This document shows, one piece after another, positions 13,722-27,939 of a DNA stretch of 64,000 nucleotides; the stretch's first letter is position 1, and each line of letters opens with the position of its first letter. Below the pieces are notes generated by a model that saw only the letters and a program-made list of their open reading frames with translations, searched no databases and had not been told where the DNA came from. A program made the translations under genes and the position numbers. This DNA is from Eledone cirrhosa (lineage: Eukaryota), in NCBI GenBank assembly GCA_964016885.1, contig OZ024754.1, forward strand, positions 44,950,001 through 45,014,000, written 5' to 3'.

Positions 13722-13783
13722 TTTATCTGATGAGGACGTACTGTTGAACCTGATTCAAGTACCTCTGAAATATGTATAATAAA
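13722..13783 (+). ncRNA. Type I minimal hammerhead ribozyme (mirror copy)
   Basis: tttat-CTGATGA(13727)-stem II-GAAA(13767)-tatgta-TA-ataaa. Confidence 0.75.
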
Positions 13784-13922
13784 ATTTAATTGATCACAAG
13801 AATATCTATTTTGTTAATATTTTAATTAATATTAATAACTCTGGAATATATTTACTTGTAGAGTGCTTCCAATCTACTGTAAAACTCATTCTTTGATGTA
13901 ATCATTGAATCTTGTTTAACTC

Positions 13923-13967
<45 letters not shown>

Positions 13968-14071
13968 ATTTTTGCCATTATATACTCTGTCTGTGCATAG
14001 AGTGCTTGATTTGGTACCTACCTCAATATTTCACCATATTACCTGCACTATATGTATTTATATATGTATAT

Positions 14072-14142
<71 letters not shown>

Positions 14143-14925
14143 CACACACATATATATATATATATATATACACACACATATATAGTACAGAGGTAACGGA
14201 GACTTAGAAAATGTATAAATATTTTTTATTCAATGACACGAAATAAATTCTTTTTTTTTTTTTTCAGAATGGCAATTAATTAATTATTAGTGATTGTAGT
14301 CCAATTAAATGAGCAAGATAACAGGTATAGTTTAGATGAAAGGCTAGTAACACCGCCAAATATCCAGGTAACCGGGAAATATCTAATTCTCTATAATATC
14401 TACCAATCATTACTATAGTCTCTCGTCACACCTGCGTCACGTGTTTACTGATCCTTGCTACTATAACATCGTGTGAAGTTATATCGAAGGTTTGACGGTG
14501 TGTGTGTGTGTGGTCTACTGTGTGTGTGTGTAAGTTATACCGAAGGTTTGACGGTGTGTGTGTGGTCTACTGTGTGTGTGTGTAAGTTATACCGAAGGTT
14601 TGACGGTGTGTGTGTGTATTGGTGGTCTGCTGTGTGTGTGTGTGTGGTCTACTGTGTGTGTGTTGTGTGGTCTACTGTGTGTGTTGTGTGGTCTACTGTG
14701 TGTGTTGGTGGTCTGCTGTGTGTGTGTGTGTTGTCTGCTGTGTGTGTGGTCTACTGTGTGTGTTCCTATTGTCATTCTGGTGTTTGTGGTGGTGTGATGT
14801 ATGTTGCTGTTATTGTTGATGTTGTTTATGATTGATGATGATGATGATGGTGGTGGTGGGGTGCGTTTGAGTGTTGTAATGGTTGTTGGTGTGTTTGTGT
14901 TGTTTTACTATGAATGACAAGAATC

Positions 14926-14985
<60 letters not shown>

Positions 14986-15091
14986 GACTCGTATAGACAC
15001 ATACACCTAGAAAGTTGTCATGTGATCTAGTGTTTAATGTCGCTATGTTTCACCCAGGTAGCCCTAATTCCATTCCCGCCACCACCTGGCC

Positions 15092-15584
<493 letters not shown>

Positions 15585-15633
15585 AATATATATATATAAA
15601 TATATATTTATATATATATATATATATATATAA

Positions 15634-15670
<37 letters not shown>

Positions 15671-15770
15671 AGAAAGGTATAGAAAGTATTGTAGCAAGAA
15701 GCCAACAGTATTCCATAATATATATATATATATATATATATAAATATATATATATAAATATATATATATA

Positions 15771-15802
<32 letters not shown>

Positions 15803-15872
15803 AATATATATATATAAATATATATATATAAATAAATATATATATATAAATATATATATATAAATATATATA

Positions 15873-15934
<62 letters not shown>

Positions 15935-16340
15935 AATAATATTTCAAGATAAATAGACTCTTGTCATGCTTGAACGATTTTACGCCAGAAATAGAAAGAC
16001 ACACAAAATGGACAGCAGATAGAATGGGTTAGAGATAGGATAGAGAAGGACAGATGAGAGACAGAGAGAGAGACATACAGAAGTACAGAGAGAGAGAGAG
16101 AGGGAGAGAGAGAGAAAGAAGAGACGGAAGAGGAAGACGAAGATGTAGAGAGAGAGGTAGAGAAAGATAAGAGGAAGAGCGAGAGGAAGATGGGAAAAGA
16201 GAGAGAGAGAGAGAGGGGGAGAGAGAGAGAAAGAGAAACAGCAAGAGAGAAAGAGAGGAAGAGAAAGAGGAAAATGAAGAGAGGAAGATGTGAGGAAGAG
16301 GAAGAGAGGAAGATGTGAGGAAGAGGAGTGGTTCTCTTAC

Positions 16341-16839
16341 CTGAATAATTATCAAAGGCTGTCGGTACGTACTCTGTTGGGTATCCATTGGTCGTATAAC
16401 TAACAATCAAACTAGTCTTGCCTATAGCACCGTCACCTACCAACACACACTTCACTTTAGGGGGCTGTGGACCATGAGGATCTTGGCCTTCTTCTGTTTG
16501 TTGTGATTGTGATTGTTGTTGTTGTTGGGTTATATGTAGGTGATGTTCTAAAGGTGAGGGCATGATAGATGCTGAAGATGTTGATGATGATGATGCTGAC
16601 GACGAAGCGCCATTTCCGTAATCGGATGTAGACGCCGAGAAGGAGGGCGACGGCAGCGAAGACACCCCACTACTACTTCCCCCACCACCACCACCTCCTC
16701 CGCCGCCGCCACCGGCCCCACCCCCACTACTACCACTAACGCCACTGCTGCCACTAACACCACTGCTTGCACCACCACCACCTCGTTTTACAGAGAATAA
16801 GTTGGTGTTTTGATGCTCCATGGTGGCTTGTGGAGGCAT
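16341..16839 (-). CDS. RHOU: RhoU/RhoV-like GTPase, coding exon 1
   Basis: ATG at 16839 gives MPPQ, the start seen in vertebrate RhoU. A long Gly/Ser/Gln extension precedes [37 protein letters not shown] (P-loop and switch I). Donor G|gtaaga at 16341/16340. RhoU versus RhoV orthology cannot be resolved. Confidence 0.93.
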
Positions 16840-16974
16840 TCTTGTGCACACCCCACCGGCCCTACTTTCACACCCACACTCACACCCACAACTGTCACCA
16901 ACCTCAACCGCCACCGCTACCACTCCAAATACTACCACAACTACAAGAACTAATACAAACTTATTTGACAATGG

Positions 16975-17115
16975 TTTCTGATTTAGGCGCAAGGCCAGCA
17001 ATTTTGTGGGGGAGGGGAAGTCGATTGAACCCACCCAGTACGTTACTGGTACTTTATTTCATCGACCCTGTAAGGATGAAAGGCAAAGTTAACCTCGCTA
17101 GGATTTGAACTCTGA
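16975..17115 (-). mobile_element. SINE (major family) about 135 bp upstream of the RhoU ATG
   Basis: CTGGTACTTTATTTCATCGACCCTGTAAGGATGAAAGGCAAAGTTAACCTCG. Confidence 0.8.
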
Positions 17116-17548
17116 ACGGTAAAAACTTTGAACAAATACCACAAAGAACTTTGTCTGATCCTTTACAGATAGAACATATACCATCTACACACTCCCTGCC
17201 CCTCTTAGCTTCTACCCGACCCTAATACCGCGTCTCTTGGGGTTTCAAAAGGTATTTGGAAAACTACCCGACGTTTGGGATATCTTCCTTAACATAGTAG
17301 TAGATATATTTAATGACAGCTTGGTAATAATAGACGTAGAAATAACAACTAAACTATCAACAACATCAACATCAACATCAACAACAATCTGTGTCAGCAG
17401 TAGTGGTGACTATAATTAATAAATCATCGATCAGATACGAACGATTGATTTATAACAAGTAATCGAAGACAGGAAAAAAATGATTACATATTAATGTTTT
17501 TGAGTGTGTCCGCGTGTTTATTATGTAATATATATATATGTATGTATG

Positions 17549-17585
<37 letters not shown>

Positions 17586-18078
17586 TCTAGTATAGTTCAG
17601 GTTTGTGGTTATTGTGCCTCGAATCTGTGTTTCACAAATGTTGTATAATATATAATATACACGATTAAATATAAAGCAGTTGGGTTCTTTCTATAACCGA
17701 TTCACTTGGGTGTATATACATACATATATATACAATATGATACTTATATAGTATCTATAAGTACAAATTTGTTTCGTTTTCTTTGGTTAGAGAAAAGTTT
17801 TTCCTTTAAAATCAATTCCAAGATTTTGTCTGACAAAGGTGATTTGTAGAAGCTATGATTTCTGTTCCTTGAGTTTCCTGATTAATCCAACGACGAAACT
17901 AAAAGTAAAATACATAAGAAAAATACATAAATAAGCATATACATATACATAGATGAAGACACAGACAGACACACACACACACACACACACATCTCAACAT
18001 ACTCATCTCACCACACGCACCAAGAAGTCACAGTGAAAAGCTTTGTTTACATTAATTAAGCAGCCATTCTCTAGCTTA

Positions 18079-18114
<36 letters not shown>

Positions 18115-18117
<3 letters not shown>

Positions 18118-18165
18118 TTCCTGGTGATTTCTAAAGAATGAAACAGTTCTAGTCCTGTAGAATCT
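18115..18165 (+). ncRNA. Type I hammerhead with full stem III (family C; core variant CUGGUGA)
   Basis: agattc-CTGGTGA-tttctaaagaat-GAAA-cag.ttctagtc.ctg-TA-gaatct. Element spans about 18113-18252 between (TA)n tracts. Confidence 0.65.
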
Positions 18166-18249
18166 CATCTATATTAAAACATTTTACTCTGCTATGTATT
18201 GAGTACCTTACTAACTGTGGTTACCTCCGATTCAACCCGGAATAACTTT

Positions 18250-18458
<209 letters not shown>

Positions 18459-18489
18459 GTATATATATATGTATATATATATATATATG

Positions 18490-18520
<31 letters not shown>

Positions 18521-18557
18521 GTATATATATATGTATATATATATATATATATATGTG

Positions 18558-18606
<49 letters not shown>

Positions 18607-18607
<1 letters not shown>

Positions 18608-18744
18608 GCCGTCGAATTAGCCGTCGAAACGGCTTGAGCTCAGCTGTCGGGGTCTTACTGGTTCCTATTACCCACTCTACTACCTCAAGTATTGAGTACT
18701 TTGGTGCGTTATGGTCCACCTGGTTCCTTACCACATTTCCTTCG

Positions 18745-18746
<2 letters not shown>
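18607..18746 (+). mobile_element. Family B element (hammerhead 3' half plus tail)
   Basis: GCCGTC-GAAA-CGGCTTGAGCTCAGCTG-TC-GGGGTC...GTATTGAGTAC...TTCCTTACCAC, flanked by (TA)n. Confidence 0.7.
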
Positions 18747-18786
<40 letters not shown>

Positions 18787-18895
18787 ATATGCGAGATAAA
18801 CCACAAACCCTCCATGTCAATTCTACTTTTGAAACCGGTAAAGGAAATAAATATTCTTAAAAAGATCCCCTTTGCATTTTTACTATTCCTTTTCG

Positions 18896-19016
<121 letters not shown>

Positions 19017-19052
19017 CACACACACATATATATATATGTGTGTGTGTGTGTG

Positions 19053-19087
<35 letters not shown>

Positions 19088-19094
19088 CTATCTA

Positions 19095-19238
19095 AGGCGG
19101 GTAAAATTTCCGAGATCCATGGACGAGTTCTCTCCAGCGGTCTCTGTCCCTCATTATCGCTGCCATGTCCTGCGTCTCCAACAGACCAGTGTCTGACCTT
19201 AGGGCATCAACATACGTCAACCTTGGTCTTCCTCTTCC
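19095..19238 (-). mobile_element. RTE-like LINE ORF C-terminal fragment
   Basis: Reverse translation [19 protein letters not shown]...[11 protein letters not shown]. Confidence 0.7.
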
Positions 19239-19352
19239 ATATATATATATATGAAAAACAAGGTTAGAGGAATACTGCGTGGTTTTACATGGGTTACATA
19301 TTATAAAATTAGTCCCTCATCAGTGATTTTGCCAACCATCATTGGTATTTCA

Positions 19353-19750
19353 TATATTTTTATAACTGATATAAAGCACTCAACAAATTATTGGAGTAAA
19401 TATACAATATATTAACAAATGGAAACTATATTTATAAAACCATATTTATTTCATTATACATATTTCAAGGGCCACCAGAACAAACTATGGTGCGCTTTTA
19501 TCAGATAAAATATAATATATGTTAGTTTTATAAATAAATATTGACATACCCTTAAAAAATGCAACCATTCTGGTTGGAATCTCCAGAATGGTTGCATTTT
19601 TTAAGGGTATGTCAATATTTATTTATAAAACTAACATATATTATATTTTATCTGATGAAAGCGCACCATTGTTTGTTCTGGTGGCCCTTGAAATATGTAT
19701 AATGAAATAAATATGGTTTTATAAATATAGTTTCCATTTGTTAATATATT
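19353..19750. mobile_element. Family A-related palindromic hammerhead element
   Basis: Arms 19406-19573 and 19583-19750, 9-nt spacer, tail on the left side. Confidence 0.75.
19644..19709 (+). ncRNA. Type I minimal hammerhead ribozyme
   Basis: tattttat-CTGATGA-aag..cacca/tggtg..ctt-GAAA-tatgta-TA-atgaaata. Confidence 0.75.
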
Positions 19751-19790
19751 CTATATATATATATATATATATGTGTCTATATATATATAG

Positions 19791-19827
<37 letters not shown>

Positions 19828-20309
19828 TATGTAACGTTTGTGATAGAAAGGAATGTAGTTGGAAGGACCAGGTGATAAGAAAGGTCTTTGTAACTCCACA
19901 CTCCTCATTTGTGTCTCTTTGTTATTGTGCAGGTGAGGTCTTAATGAGCAGACATATGATCAAAGACATTTCAGGTGTGACCATCCCACTCTATCACATC
20001 CCGTTATGTGTTACATCAGAGGTTCTCAAACATTTGGGGTCACAGCGCCTCCCTCACGACCACGTAATACCCTCAGCGCCCACAAACCTATTTTCAGAGA
20101 GGCCTACCTACTACTACACTACACTACACTACTACTACTACACTACTATACTACTATACTACTACTACTACTACTACTACAAACATGTCTTTAATATGAT
20201 AGAGGGGTGGGGTATGTTGTGGAAAGACAGAGTACAGTAACAGCAGTGTCGTACTAAAAGACCATAGCGGAATTAATAAGACTTTCATGTTTGCACTTTT
20301 AAATAATTC

Positions 20310-20356
<47 letters not shown>

Positions 20357-20474
20357 TAGTAGCAGTGGTGGCGTAGGTGGGGAGAGGCTAGAAGTTGTGA
20401 TGTATAAGCATTTCCATTTCAACAGCGGAGAAACAAATCTATGTCACAGACAACAACAACAACAACAACAACAA

Positions 20475-20600
20475 TGGTTTCTGATTTAGGCACAAGGCCA
20501 GCAATTGTGGGTGGAGGGGAAAGTCGATTAATTCGACCCCAGTGCATTACTGGTATTTTATTTTATCGACCCCGTAAAGACGAGAGACAAAGTTGACATT
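20475..20600 (-). mobile_element. SINE (major family), 3' part
   Basis: TTAGGCACAAGGCCAGCAATT...TTTATCGACCCCGTAAAG. Confidence 0.7.
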
Positions 20601-21147
20601 GATTTTCGTTCGTTTTGACTAAGTATAACAGCTTATGTTTTCTTTACAAACAATGTGAAGCTGTGGCATTCATGCCTTATCCAATAATTGATACCTTTGT
20701 CACATTATTGGCATTCCGGCAATATGAAGTCTGTCGATCTCACAACCTTCACATCAATAATAACAGCCACTGTTGATTGATTATTATAACATTAATTGTG
20801 AGATCGATAAGAGAAAGTTGTGTCAGTGTAACTGTATTGACATCTCAAGGACACTGTACGGTGTGTGGCTTGTTAGGTCAGTCATTGAACAGGTAGAGAG
20901 GGTACCATGTATAGTGTACCCCCCGGGCAACACTTACCTGTGTTTATATACACACACATTATATATACACACACATATTATATATACACACACACACATA
21001 TATATATATATACACACACACACACACGCATATATATACACGCACACACACACATATATATATATACACACATATATACACGACATGAAAAAAATCATAA
21101 TTAACTGATCCTCCGGTATTTTATTTTACCGAAAGCCAGGAACTTTT

Positions 21148-21523
21148 CAGCCCCCCCCCCCGGTATTCGCGGTCATGACATTCGTGATTCAGGTTATTCG
21201 CGGAATTTTCCTTAGAACCTAACTAATAATTGTTCGTGGAAACCACCACATATTCGCTGAATCGTAAATATCTTCTGCGATTTTTTTAATGGCTTTTTTT
21301 CGTGGCAATATATATTTCTTAACGCTACATTATTAATAACAATAACCGTATTTGCCGGTCTATTGGACGCCCCTTCGCATAAGACGCCTCCTCTGTTTTT
21401 AAAAATTATATTTTACGTTATATTTTGACGTTTATAGTAATTTTTTATGGACCACGTCCAATATTCGCGGTGTTTCACTCATCGCGGGTGCTCTAGGAAC
21501 GTTACCCCAGGGGGACTACTGTA
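21148..21523. mobile_element. pogo/Tigger-like MITE
   Basis: Left end CCCCCCGGTATTCGCGG, right end GGGGGACTACTG|TA. Related pieces at 45483-45574 and 60563-60622. Confidence 0.55.
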
Positions 21524-21574
21524 GTGGACAACACATACCACACGGCTTGCACACTGTGTGGGAGAGCTTCTAGG

Positions 21575-21740
21575 TGGTCATTAAAACTGCTAGAAATAGC
21601 AGCCAAATCTCCTACAAATCACACCTGTCTCTTGGTGAAAATACTAGAAATACTAATAACTAAATGAATAAATAAAAGGGGTGGTCATGGCAGGAACGTC
21701 TTTCCTTCGAGGGTCTTCCTCATTTAAGGGCTAAATAACA
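21575..21740. repeat. Dispersed repeat family; also about 19930-19990, 22370-22510, 41290-41330 and 46640-46710
   Basis: Shared CTGCTAGAAATAGCAGCCAAATCTC and GGTCAYGGCTGGAATGYCTTTGATC motifs. Confidence 0.55.
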
Positions 21741-23214
21741 TATCTACATATCTAGGTATGATCGACATATGAGGAAAATGTCAATGGATGACAACGATGA
21801 CAATAACGATGATGATGATGATGATGATGAGATCGACGACTACTTTTCACGTTGGCATGCTGTCAGAAAGTTATGGTGGCGTTGGTGGTGGTGGTTGTGA
21901 CAGTGATGTTTGTGGTGGCGGCACTGGTGGTGGTGGTGGTGGTTGTAGTGGTGGTGGTTGTAGTGGTGGTGACTGTAGTGGTGATGGTGGTAGTGATGTT
22001 TGTGGTGGCAGCTGTGGTGGTGGTAGTGCTATGGTGATGGTGGTAGTGATGTTTGTGGTGGCAGCTGTGGTGGTGGTGGTGGTTGTAGTGGTGGTGTTAG
22101 TGGTGGTGGTGACTGTAGTGGTGATGGTGGTAGTGATGTTTGTGGTGGCAGCTGTGGTGGTGGTGGTAGTGCTATGGTGACGGTGGTAGTGATGTTTGTG
22201 GTGGCAGCTGTGGTGGTGGTGGTAGTGCTATGGTGACGGTGGTAGTGATGTTTGTGGTGGCAGCTGTGGTGGTGGTGGTGGTAGTGCTATGGTGACGGTG
22301 GTAGTGGTGACAATGACCATAATTGATTTCAAACTACAGCATGACTGCCACCCGTGCTTCAACAACTGTAAAGGTATCTAGAAAATAACAAACAAATATC
22401 TCCCTTAAATAACACACCTTAGATGAGGAGATAGTTGTGATGGCCACAACTGGAAAGTCTTTGATCTTATAAAAACTGTTCGATCAGTTGCTAACCTCGG
22501 CTAAACCACGACAATTGATAAGAGAGGCGGTAGAACACTCATCTATCTGTATATGCGCTACAATTTACATACATGTTATGTTTATCGCAAATCGAATTTT
22601 TTTTTTTTTTAAATATATCTTGATTGGGATTTGATAACAGCTCAACTAATCACTACAACTAAATTAACCAAACTTGCCCTTCCCTCTCAAACCCCGATAC
22701 AGAAATTCTTCCATCGTCCCTGGATAAAAAATCGAAATGAAAGCCGTCTAACCACCGACCAGATTTAAACCCAAGGAATAAGAGTATGACGGAATGTGAT
22801 GGAATCTAGCCAGGTATACAGAACAACGTTCTCCTTTTTCTGCCATTCTTTAATGAAATAACGATTGCTTAAATTTGGCACAGCGCCGCCAAAATATTTC
22901 GGTAGGAGAAGCGGGGTGAGACAGATGGTTGAATCAACCCTAGTATATCACTGGTATATCAATTTTTTTGTGACTAATAGATAGATTATTGACAGGTAGA
23001 GGTGATACCGGTGTGAATTGAAATAAAAACGTTGGATAGAAGGAAATATTAAAAGATTTATAAACGTGGGCTCACGCACACAAACACTCACACACACACA
23101 CACAGACATACACTCACTCATACACACACACACACACATATATATAAACATACACGTTGAGGCATTCCTTTTCTTATATGTAAAGATATCTATATATATA
23201 TATATATAATTGTT

Positions 23215-23311
23215 GTCTACTTTTGGCACAAGGCCAGCAATTATCCCAGTGTATTACTGGTACTTTATTTTATCGACCCCGTAAGGATGAAAGGCAAAGT
23301 TAACCTCGGCG
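23215..23311 (-). mobile_element. SINE (major family), 3' part
   Basis: Reverse core TTTATCGACCCCGTAAGGATGAAAGGCAAAGTTAACCTCGGC. Confidence 0.8.
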
Positions 23312-23604
23312 ATATAATGCAACGCTTTTTTCTTTCTACACGAGCCGAAGAAAGGGTTGTTAACTGATGGCTTGACCTGCTAGAAACAGCAGTCAAATTT
23401 TGTATATAAGTATGTGTGTATAATAGTGTATATATAAGTGTGTGTATATAAGTATGTGTGTATATAAGTGTGTATATTTGTAAGAACATGCATGTATTGA
23501 ACTAAACAGCAGTAACAATAACAGTATCGTGAGAGGTGTATCTATGTATATGTGTACATATGTATGCATGTGTATGTATGTATGTATGCATACATGTATG
23601 TATG

Positions 23605-23638
<34 letters not shown>

Positions 23639-23643
23639 CATAC

Positions 23644-23714
<71 letters not shown>

Positions 23715-23997
23715 CGTATATATATATATATATATACATACATATATGTATATATATATATCATGACAACATACCTTATATTGTGTGGCTTTGTTTCCCT
23801 TCAGTTGACTCCCAAGTGCGCAAATATTCCACGTTTTAAATTGGTTTACTGTCGTACAGTGCAGACATTCCAATACAATGGACAGACAGACAGACAGACA
23901 GATAGATAGATATATAGACAGACAGATAGATAGATGGACAGCTAACAGATAGATAGACAGACAGATAAATAGACAGATCGAGAGATACGCACATATG

Positions 23998-24099
<102 letters not shown>

Positions 24100-24806
24100 C
24101 AGGTAGATGTATATATTGAGAGAGAGAGAGATGATTTTTAGAAATCTATCTGAGAGATGTTCGTGTGTTGATTATATATCACAGTAGTTATATTAAATAA
24201 TAAATATAAATAGATTAACAAGTCGGAATAAGCAAACAATAATAGTAAAAAAAAAAAATGACACAAAATAGACTCCTACTGTAATAGTTAACAGTTAGTA
24301 AATACTAACACATACACTAACACTAACACACACACACTCACCTACTAAAATACCCAAAAAACCAACTCACTCCGGGTGTAATTGTGGAAAAAGCTGGTGT
24401 AGTGTTAAGTTAACCTCCAATGTCGAGCTCTCAACGAGAGACTGGATGTGTTATATGGTTTTTAACATTGAGCTAAACTATGTACTCACTGTTATTACCT
24501 CTTCCTACCCCTCCTTCTCTCACTATCTCTATTATTCTCTCTCTTCTTCCCTTCCTTCACCTCCCTTATATGTCCACCCCTTCTCTCTCTCTGTCTGTAT
24601 AATTCTCTCTACTCCGTCTCTTCTGTTAGTGACTACTACTAGTTCTCTCTCTCTCTCTTCCCCCTCCTCTCTCACTATGCCTTATTCTCTCTACCCCACT
24701 CTCTCTCTCTCTCACATACATATACCATTCTGTTCTTCTCCTCTGGCTGCTGTCGTCAGGTTTTTAACCACAACTCTTTCATGTACATGTGCCTGTCACT
24801 TATATA

Positions 24807-24899
<93 letters not shown>

Positions 24900-24908
24900 A
24901 AGCCATAA

Positions 24909-24956
24909 CTTCTACAGCACTAGAACTGTTTCATTCGAAGGAAATCATCAGAAAAG
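24909..24956 (-). ncRNA. Type I hammerhead (family C)
   Basis: ctttt-CTGATGA-tttccttcgaat-GAAA-cag.ttctagtg.ctg-TA-gaag. Confidence 0.65.
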
Positions 24957-25014
24957 CTTGGTTTCTTGGTGATGGTTAAGGAGGTCACGGTTAGGTGCTA
25001 AAATATATGAGTAT

Positions 25015-25177
25015 CCCCGGTTCAATCGAGGGTAACCACAGTAAGGGCTTTCCTCATGATTTCCTTCGAATGAAACAGTTCTAGTCCTGTAGAAGCCACT
25101 TCTATATTAATTATTATTTATACTCTACTAATGTATTGAGTACTTCACTTACTGTGGTTACCACCGATTGAACCCGT
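25015..25177 (+). mobile_element. Family C element with degenerate hammerhead (CTCATGA) at 25046-25097
   Basis: Homologous to 18115-18245. 25015-25045 is an inverted copy of its own tail (25148-25176). Confidence 0.65.
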
Positions 25178-25190
25178 CACACACACACAC

Positions 25191-25230
<40 letters not shown>

Positions 25231-25599
25231 CTATATATCCATCTCTCCCACTCTATCTCTCTCTTATCCGCTGCTGTCATCGCTTTTTTCACTCACCTCT
25301 GTCTCTCACTTTCTACCTATCTACCTATCTATCTATCTACCTATCTACCTATCTACCTACCTATCTACCTATCTATCTATCTACCTATCTACCTATCTAC
25401 CTACCTACCTATCTACCTACCTATCTACCTATCTATCTACCTACCTACCTACCTACCTACCTACCTACCTACCTACCTACCTACCTACCTACCTACCTAC
25501 CTATCTATCTATATCTATCTATCGCTAGTCTCTCTCTCTCTCTCTCTCTTCCTGTCTTTCTATCACTCTATCTTCTCTTTCTTTCTCACCTTTTCTTAC

Positions 25600-25662
<63 letters not shown>

Positions 25663-26201
25663 GTCTCTGTCTCTGTCTCTCTCTCTCACACACACACACA
25701 CACACTCTCTCTCCTCTCTCTCCCCTCTCTCTCGCTCTCACTCTCTCTTATTCTCTCACTCCATTCATTTTTTCTATCTGTCGTTTCTTCGTCTGCTTCT
25801 TTTAAACTCGTTCATAACCCCCTCCCCACACTTTATAAAAACTTTCGATCTCTTACTTCTTACCCCCAATAGCAGTAGCAGTAGCAGCAGTAGTAGTAGT
25901 AGCAGCAGCAGTAGTAGTAGTAGCAGTAGTAGTAGTAGGAGCAGTAGTAGTAGTAGCAGCAGCAGTAGTAGTAGTAGCAGCAGTAGTAGCAGTAGTAGTA
26001 GTAGTAGTAGCAACAGCAGTAGTAGTAGTAGTAGTAGTAGCAACAGCAGTAGTAGTAGTAGCAACAGCAACAGCAGTAGTAGTAGAACCTACAAGTTGGG
26101 ATGTCTCCTCTCTGATTGGCCAGTAGTTTTACGTCACATTCGTGACTCATAATTTATTAACGATAAGCTTGCAAAGCACACACACACACGCATCACGATA
26201 C

Positions 26202-26269
<68 letters not shown>

Positions 26270-26590
26270 ACGCACACACACTCGCACACATACACACACA
26301 CGCATCACGATACACACACACACACACACACACGCACGCATCACGACACACACACACATACACACGCACGCATCACGATACACACACACACATACACACG
26401 CACGCATTACGATACACACACACGCATACACACACAGTTACACACACACACACACAGCTACACACACACACACTTACACACACAGTTGCATACACACACA
26501 CAATACACTCTCATATATCGATGCACATAAATGTCTAGACATAATGCATATACATACATACATACACATACATACATATGTATATGTATG

Positions 26591-26624
<34 letters not shown>

Positions 26625-27509
26625 CATATCGTCATATATAGTCATAGCACCGACTACTTGTTGAGTTGTTGTGCAGTATCAGGGATTAGATATCTCGTTT
26701 AGATGAACTAAAATTGTGCTACAGATGTTCGTGTTTCTATCTACTGTGTAGAGCGTGGCATGTATTTAAGCATCTGACTCCATATTCCACCAGGAGAGAA
26801 CACTAGGGGATATCTTTCATTTCTATTACAAGACAGTTACTATTTTTCGTTGATATGTAAAACGACAGCTTCGTTCCTGGTTAATTTACATGCAATCTGC
26901 TTTATTTTGTGCCGCTAAACGAGAAACTGTCTTGTTGAACAGCGGCTGACGAATTGAAATGACTGCTTCACTTTTGTAATAAATTTAGGGCCATAGACAT
27001 CAGTTTTCTCCTCATTTTTAAAACTCTTAATTATCCAACCATGACATTAATAGCGAATTGGCTGATTCGTGAAAACATTAGTCTTCGTGGCGCTGGGTCT
27101 ATTGGTCAGTGCCCTGAAATATAAACCCACAGAATGTGGTTATAGAAATACTTTGAAGGATATTTCCACTAGACTGAGCGTCTAGGAAGATACACGGTTG
27201 TTAACTCAATGATGAAGTAGGTGTGATGTCTGAGCTATACCGCCATCTTAGAAAATCTATTACGTTATCACCATGTTATCATATCACTGCATTACTTAAC
27301 TCAAGAGACTTGTGATAAGTCACATGATACTTACCACCTGGGAATGTCCAAGTTATTTGTCAGTTGACACCACTTGAAATAATGATTATGGTATTTATGG
27401 AACAACATATGCAATAAATACGGAAAGAATTACTATATATATACATATATATAAATATATACACATACACACACACACACACATATATATATATACATAT
27501 ATAGATATA

Positions 27510-27939
27510 GATATATTGGTAAACGGAATAGAAAATGCTGACAAATTGTTCACAGTGAAAAATAGTTTAATTAGGAATAAGTGAGAATTAGTAATAGTAT
27601 TGGTTAGTATTCAGTTTTGGTTTTAAGTTTTACCGGTTGCGCATTTCTAATGCTTTTCAAAAATAATTTTGAGATAGAGCGTCCGTGATGTTTGCTCTGA
27701 TCTGTCAGATGATCAGAGCAAACATCACGGACGCTCTATCTCAAAATTATTTTTGAAAAGCATTAGAAATGCGCAACCGGTAAAACTTAAAACCAAAACT
27801 GAATACTAACCAATACTATTACTAATTCTCACTTATTCCTAATTAAACTATTTTTCACTGTGAACAATTTGTCAGCATTTTCTATTCCGTTTACCAATAT
27901 ATCATAACTTGTGTGTTACATCTCTATTCTTTAAAAAAG

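Larger units (their letters stand above)
13502..13927. mobile_element. Family A palindromic hammerhead element (PLE pLTR-like)
   Basis: Near-perfect arms 13502-13662 and 13673-13832, 10-nt spacer, one-sided tail to about 13927, AT/CA microsatellite flanks. Confidence 0.75.

Noticed and set aside
15964-16340. Downstream part of the same ORF
   Set aside because: It is read-through past the GT donor into CT-rich intron sequence.
16840-17034. Upstream part of ORF 15964..17034 as RhoU N-terminus
   Set aside because: It begins inside a SINE. MPPQ at 16839 is the family-typical start.
20725-20845. 12-bp inverted repeat followed by GAAA
   Set aside because: No intact CUGANGA or stem I, so it is too degenerate to call.
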